From contig JBHGNT010000016.1 of NCBI GenBank assembly GCA_043228905.1, positions 11,656,001 through 11,720,000 on the forward strand: DNA of 64,000 bases, read 5' to 3'. The notes beneath the pieces were generated by a model. That model did not search any database and was not told the DNA's origin. It worked only from the letters and a program-made list of their open reading frames with translations. Position numbers and translations under genes: made by a program. Positions 58,234-64,000 of the stretch are shown here, piece after piece. The number at the start of each line of letters is the position of its first letter. Position 1 is the first letter of the stretch. The DNA comes from Azolla caroliniana. Lineage: Eukaryota > Plantae > Polypodiophyta.

Positions 58234-60573
58234 TCACCAACAACAACTTCAGCATTTCAGAGATCCTCAGCAACTGCAGCCATTCCTCCGCAGACGGGAT
58301 GAAGGCCTCTTCCTCGCACCTCATGCCTCCCACGAAGAGATTGACGACACTGTGCAGATCATTGTGGAAGAAGAATACGAAGACCATCAGCCGGATGCCA
58401 CAAATTTCCAAGGAAATTCTTCGAATAGCAGCAAGAAAAAGTAGGTTTCAGCACCTTTAGTTTTACGGTCATTTCCTGCGTAATTATGCCTCTGGTGATG
58501 CCTCTGGTGAATCTGGAGATGTTTTATCTGGAAAAAAACCAAAAGAAAGAGAAATACAACCTTATTTTTCCTCTGGCCAAGCTTGATTGAGGCGTGTTAG
58601 GATTAGATGCAATTGATTTACAAAGCCACTGTTTCTGACTATCATTCCATGTGCGTAGCTTGGTGACTGTATGTAATGTGAGCAATGTTTGATTTCTGCA
58701 GACATTCTTTTTAAGTTGCAGTCCGTTTCATTTCCAAGTGAATAGAAGGGAACATTCTCATATCATGATTACAAATTTTATTTGCTAAAAAGAATGATAG
58801 ATGATACTATGGTGATTGCATGGGAGGTAATCCGGCAATCAAACTGTACTCTACTAAATTTTAAAACATGTCTACCTATATTTTATTAAGGACATTCTGG
58901 CTAATAAACTTTTATTCCTAAAGGTGACTAAGTAAATATGCTTCTGATTATGATCTGATAAATTTGATTCATGCATGCCAAGTGACTTAGTTAAAATGCA
59001 AACTCTTTTTTATCTACAAAGTTCTAGCAAAATTTGTTAGGATCAAGCAGTATGCTATGACTTTAGAGACAGCATACTATAGAGTAAAACTCCAGTATGG
59101 AAAATGATTAACTCGCTGGAACAAAGGATAGTAGATTATTAAAATGACTCATCCAAGCTTATTTAGAATTTTTATATGCTAACTCCAGGGGGCCAGAGAA
59201 GAAGAAGAGAACTGGAGGGGGTTTAGTAAAACCATGTGGACTTTCTGAGGAGCTTCAGGCTATTTTAGGGGAGAGGGAGTTGTCAAGGATCCAGGTACGC
59301 TAGTGACTATCTGTTTTTTGTAATATACTTTTGCATCTTCTGAATAGCCTTGATAATTTTGTAGCATGTGTAACATATTTCTGTGTATGAAAAAATAAAT
59401 ATCATAATCTCGAAGCAGGTTGTGAAATCGCTTTGGGTTTACATTCGAGAAAAGAATCTACAAGATCCAGAAAACAGGAGGAAAATAATCTGCGATGATG
59501 CACTACGAGGATTGCTTGGATGTGAATCGACCGACATGTTTCAGATGAACAAGCTGTTATCTAAACATATATGGCCACTTGTTGATGGTCAAAGAGGTAA
59601 ATTATGGCAATCCGTCTATTTTGCTAACCAATGTGAATTTAAAAGAATTGAAACAAAACATCATGTATTCAGATGGGGAAGAGCCCAAGCCGAAAAGGGT
59701 GAAACCAGATAAGCGTGCTCATCGAGATATTGGAGGGTCAGGCAAATTGAATCGCTTCATGGCCCCCAATCAGCTTTCTGAGGCACTCATAAATTTTCTA
59801 GGCACTGGAGAGAGTGAGCTTCCGAGGACAGAAGTGGTCAAGCGCATGTGGGATTATATAAAGGGAAATCAGTTACAGGTTTGATGAACACGGCTAATTC
59901 TAATCATGAACATTGTTTTTTACTTGTGATACTCAATTAAAGCTTCAACTTCGTCAATAAATTGGGCCAATACAAAGTCCTTATGCAGTACAAATTGCAG
60001 TGTTTTCACCAAAGACAAATTTAGATAACTTTGTTGGTGCTTCCCAAAATTAAAATAAATGGGTATTAGGCATCTGAAACTGTTATATAGTGAAGCAACT
60101 TTTTTGTGCTTTTCTGCAGTTGCATGTTAAAAGAATCTGAATAAACTTAACATGAGAGATCTTGGTTTAATATAACAATGGGATGCATCAGTAAATGATT
60201 CAGTGGGTTTTGTGAAACATCTCGAAATAGAAAGAGGTATAAGGTACATGTCAGAAGGACTCACAAGTATTTCTGGCATTAACGAACAAGTTAAGAGGCA
60301 ACCAGCCCAAAAAGTTTGTAAAAGCAAAGCAGACTACCCCATCATGATTCTAGGCATTAGCTCTCGTCAAAATTCATAGGTTTAGATTTGTGATCTTTAA
60401 AAGCTGGCTGTCTTTTCTTACTTATATCATCTAGAATTTTAAAAATTTCACAGGATCCTGCTGACAAAAGGCGAATAGTCTGCGACAGCAAGCTTCAGGA
60501 ACTGTTTGGTTGTGATACTTTCAATGGGTTTGGTATGGCAAGATATTTGTCTCCTCATTTTATCAAGAGTTGA
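57935..60573 (+). CDS. DEK_C + two SWIB/MDM2 domain protein (UAF30/spp27-like), 371 aa; exons 57935-58440, 59189-59294, 59419-59596, 59673-59878, 60454-60573
   Basis: All introns are GT-AG and phases are consistent (1116 nt). DEK_C ITDEQIVQRIVEVL...IRRQLEEDFRIDLAEKKAFIREQVD; SWIB1 LSEELQAILG...LWVYIREKNLQDPENRRKIICD; SWIB2 LSEALINFLG...MWDYIKGNQLQDPADKRRIVCD...HFIKS*. Confidence 0.94.
58129..58253 (+). repeat. Coding CAG/CAA repeat (polyglutamine tract)
   Basis: QHQQQRHYQQLQQLQQL followed by about 17 consecutive Q and then HHQQQLQ. Confidence 0.95.
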
Positions 60574-61637
60574 GGTTACAGTCTCCCATCATTGCAGCCG
60601 TGTATAAAAGATTGTGCTTCCAGTTGGTGTTGTCAATGCCTTACAACTCAGATGTGAATCACTGTCTACCTCCAAACCAAAGTTTATAGGTAATGCAAAT
60701 TTCAATCGTATAGTCATGGGCTACAACAACTTTGATGTGAATATCAGTTATCACTAACCCGAAAACGTCTAGGTCTAGAAATACTCAGTAATGAAGTTAT
60801 CTCCGTATACACAGCCATTTTACCTGCTGATTCCTTTTTTGACTGCCCACTACTAAATTTATATATTCTGTTCTCGGAGAAGGCACGATTTTAGCTTTTA
60901 AGTCAATAGTCTGGTCAATCAAACGCTGACCCTTTTTGCAGAATCAGTTTTATGTATTTAACTGCTAGCACATCATTCCCACACTTGCAATGTTCTTCTA
61001 GGACTTGGGCCATTATTACTGTTTTGCATTGTAATGAGAGAATGAAAAAACTTTGATCAATATGAAGCAACTGCTCTGTATTCAGAAAATGCCGTGTACC
61101 TAGTAATCAGAACAATGATCCTGGCAATGAATCCTTAATATGTAACCCTTGCTCTTGCTCTCTCTGTAAGAAGGTAAACATGACTCCTTTTAACAAGTAG
61201 ACATCTCTGATCCATACATTTTTAGTTCCATCCACACATTACTATATTGCTTTAATAAAAGTACCATATTAATAAACATCAGCAGGTAGACTTTTGCGAA
61301 CGTGAATCATCTCGTTTTTTATTGTTCTTATTGATTGCAAAAAATGTTTGGCTGTGATCTCATTTTAGGTCTGATGCGTTGATTTTGCGATGAAGAGTAT
61401 ACAAGCGTTTTATTTGGGCTGATAATTGAATAAGTGACTGCTTATTCTTTATTCATCTAATTTAGCAGTTTTTCTTGTGTAATCAATATTGCTATCATCC
61501 ATGTATTTGATCTAAATTTTCTTCCGTGGTTTCTCATTTCGCCCTCATCATGACATTAGTTATGTTTCTGGCCGTCAATTTCAATAAGTGTTTAGGGATA
61601 TTACTTTTTATGTGAAGTTACTGTTATATATATTTTG

Positions 61638-61710
61638 AACTAATGATTATAAAGCAATAAACAGAAAGTCACAACTAATGATTATAAAGCAATAAACAGA
61701 AAGTCACAAC
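61638..61710. repeat. 35-bp perfect tandem duplication
   Basis: AACTAATGATTATAAAGCAATAAACAGAAAGTCAC at 61638 and 61673. Confidence 0.9.
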
Positions 61711-62399
61711 AGTTACCTATAAAGCAGTAGAAAATCAACATTACTGGTCTTTCATGTAGATATTAGATGAATATTCTGATTACACTGCTAGAAATTCATA
61801 TACTTGATAATCTAATTGAGTATTTTATTAAATCTTATATAATAATGCACACTTAGTGGGTTTAAAGCCTTGCAAATGATTAAAGGGCTAGAGTTTTATT
61901 AGGTTTTTTTTTCCAGGAAAATTTTTATTACATTTTAGGCATTTGGTAATGCTGGAAGATAACGATGATGAAATGTTGCGAGCTTCTTTTGAAAGTGACA
62001 AGTAATTCTATGTAAGATGGAATGGAAAGATTTTTGTTGTGGAAATAATCAATGCAAGCAAACATATCACATTTGTTTTGGAGATGGAATAGATGGAAAT
62101 TGTAAGTCAAAATCTCCACATTGCATGGTTTATATGAATTAAGTTGATGTTAATGTATACTTGAGGTGGAGTTCATGTCTTGATTGTGTTTTACAAACAT
62201 GGTTCTCATGATGATATTGTTTACATATGAGGCCTAATCAAGTCAGTATGCTATAATGATAAATAGACAGCAATGCATATTAACAATAGCCAAAACCCAA
62301 TAAAGATGCTCACTTAGTTTGCCAATACACTTGTAAAATGGTGTAGTGTCATAGTAAGTAGTTTAGGAGTTTCACAATTGGCATTGAATAGTGAACACA

Positions 62400-63480
62400 T
62401 TGTACTTACTTGGCAAGTGTGTCATGGGTATATGTTCAGATGGAGGTTTTGTTAAATTTATGTGGATATATATAACTAAAGAAGACAAGGTGTGTAAACA
62501 AAAGGATTTAGTTAGAATGTTTCTCAAACCAAGAGATTTGTCCTCTTTTTTTAGTATCTCTAAAAAAGTTCATTGTGCACAACTTCATTTCTTATGGCAA
62601 GCCAATCAGTTCAAGACTTCATATTCGATTTTCCAAATAATATAGTTGTCTCAGTAGTAAGTTTTGCAAAGAATTATACATTTATGGAGCAGAATGAAAT
62701 TCAATCCAGACTGGTGGTCAATATAGGCAGCAATTTTTATTCATATAATCTATTATCGAGTTTCAGGTGATGTAAAGAAAGTAATTCATTTCTTTATATC
62801 TAATGATGAAGCATGATATTTTGTTTGTCCAACATTGTTTTAAATTACACAGGAAATGGTTGTTGGATCAACATTTGGAGCTTACTCAACATTGGGTTTG
62901 GTTTGATCGAATTGCTTCACAATTCAAGGCTAAATGATCATTCTATTTTATTGGGAGGTATCCTTGTGAAATGAGATTGGATATGACATGGAACTTTTTC
63001 GAGCCCGGCAACGGAAAAGGTGAACATGATGGAGTAGGTGCATTTATAAAGCGAGCACTTATTAATGAACAACTAAAGGTCGATGATTTGCATATAAATT
63101 GTGTCACTTGTGTTTACTCATATGTTCGGGATATCAAACGCGTATTTTTAGAAAGTGAGGCTAGATGAAGTAAATAGAGAGAAGACATGGGAGTGCCAAG
63201 GAATCCCTCAACTGCAACCTCTCCACTTTGTTCATGGTTATTCCAAAAATGATGGTCAAAATATTGCAGTTAGAGAATTAACATGTTTTTGCTACCATTG
63301 TGTACAAGGTGATTGGAGGCAATGTCCAAACAAAGCATATATTCATAATTGGGTATAATCATATACCATACACTGGTGGACAAGGAAGCAACTGAAGCAG
63401 AGCTAGAAAACACTCAAAAGGAGTTCACATATTAGGGTTCTAGGACACTCTAAGTGCTATCGTATATGTTGGTGATAATT
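62400..63480 (+). pseudogene. Decayed DDE/D DNA-transposase fragment (Sola2-like motif set, tentative)
   Basis: Across frameshifts: VVSVVSFAKNYTFMEQNEIQS; HDILFVQHCF...HWVWFDRIASQFK; WNFFEPGNGKGEHDGVGAFIKRAL; RELTCFCYHC...C; VGDNF. Confidence 0.7.
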
Positions 63481-63653
63481 TCAGCCCAAGTCCTAGCCTT
63501 CTTCTTCACAGCTCTGCTACCTTCGGCCTTGCTTCCTTGTCATTCGGTTGGCTCAAGTTTTGGCTCTCTCTTTCCGCCGCTCCCCCTACAACCGGCTAGT
63601 CCGCACTTAGCCATTTTAATTCCACTTGTCTTCTTGTTTGACGTGTCCTCGGC

Positions 63654-64000
63654 CATTAGAGTTATGATCTTATGTAAGCATATGATAAAAGATAGATAAA
63701 TAAGAAAGGAGAGAGAGAAAGAAGGGTGCCGATCCACTCGACCACCCCCGGGATCGAGTCAAACTCGAGCCTCGATGCGGTGGCGTCGAGTTGTACCTGG
63801 TGCTGGCGCACTCGCTACAAGAGTTGACCCACCACAATGTCAGAGTCTCGACGTAGTCGTTAATGTGTCCAATGAGGGTAGCTAGACCTCATATTTATAG
63901 CCAGACCTAAGGCCCCCAGGCAAGTTCACACGTGGCCTAATGGGTTGTCTCAATCCCGAGGATTAAAAGTAATCATCCCTTTCTTTACACTCTCGTTTAA
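63654..64000. mobile_element. LTR homologous to the solo LTR 56100-56562, running off the window
   Basis: TTAGAGTTA...AAGAAAGGAGAGAGAGAAAGAAGGGTG...TGGCCTAATGGGTTGTC...CTCTCGTTTAA is collinear with 56102-56480. The terminal TG is missing. Confidence 0.85.

Noticed and set aside
59383-59884. ORFs 59383-59712 and 59579-59884 as separate genes
   Set aside because: They are exons 3 and 4 of the SWIB gene plus intron read-through.
63481-63655. Possible PBS (TGGCCGAGGACAC on the minus strand) and gag start beside the last LTR
   Set aside because: The LTR terminus is damaged, I recognise no tRNA match, and the peptide resembles copia 3' extension sequence. A deletion junction is more likely.

Overview
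Land-plant nuclear DNA, probably a non-seed plant such as a fern or lycophyte (inferred from the retroelement lineages). Bases 1-56810 are one deeply nested LTR-retrotransposon cluster, reconstructed from LTR termini, PBS/PPT, TSDs and host reading frames. It holds Ty1/copia elements A, B, C, D, E and H, two copies of a chromodomain Ty3/gypsy, a tRNA-Trp-primed gypsy group (host W, full-length F, a solo LTR and a gag-only non-autonomous element), and an Athila/Tat-like gypsy G with a long extra ORF. After the nest come a LINE remnant, an intact 5-exon gene for a DEK_C + 2xSWIB (UAF30/spp27-like) protein (57935-60573), a decayed DDE transposase and another LTR. The main observations are: (1) element G has a tRNA primer-binding site inside BOTH LTRs on opposite strands, one sitting where the PPT should be; (2) all four insertions of the tRNA-Trp gypsy group are at CCGT/ACGG; (3) G is internally shuffled into about 9 tiling pieces yet keeps its termini and TSD; (4) the chromovirus has no tRNA PBS but a Tf1-type self-primer; (5) a conserved -1 frameshift pseudoknot lies after the protease in the Trp group. 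All analysis was by eye; tRNA and lineage names come from recall and need database confirmation.
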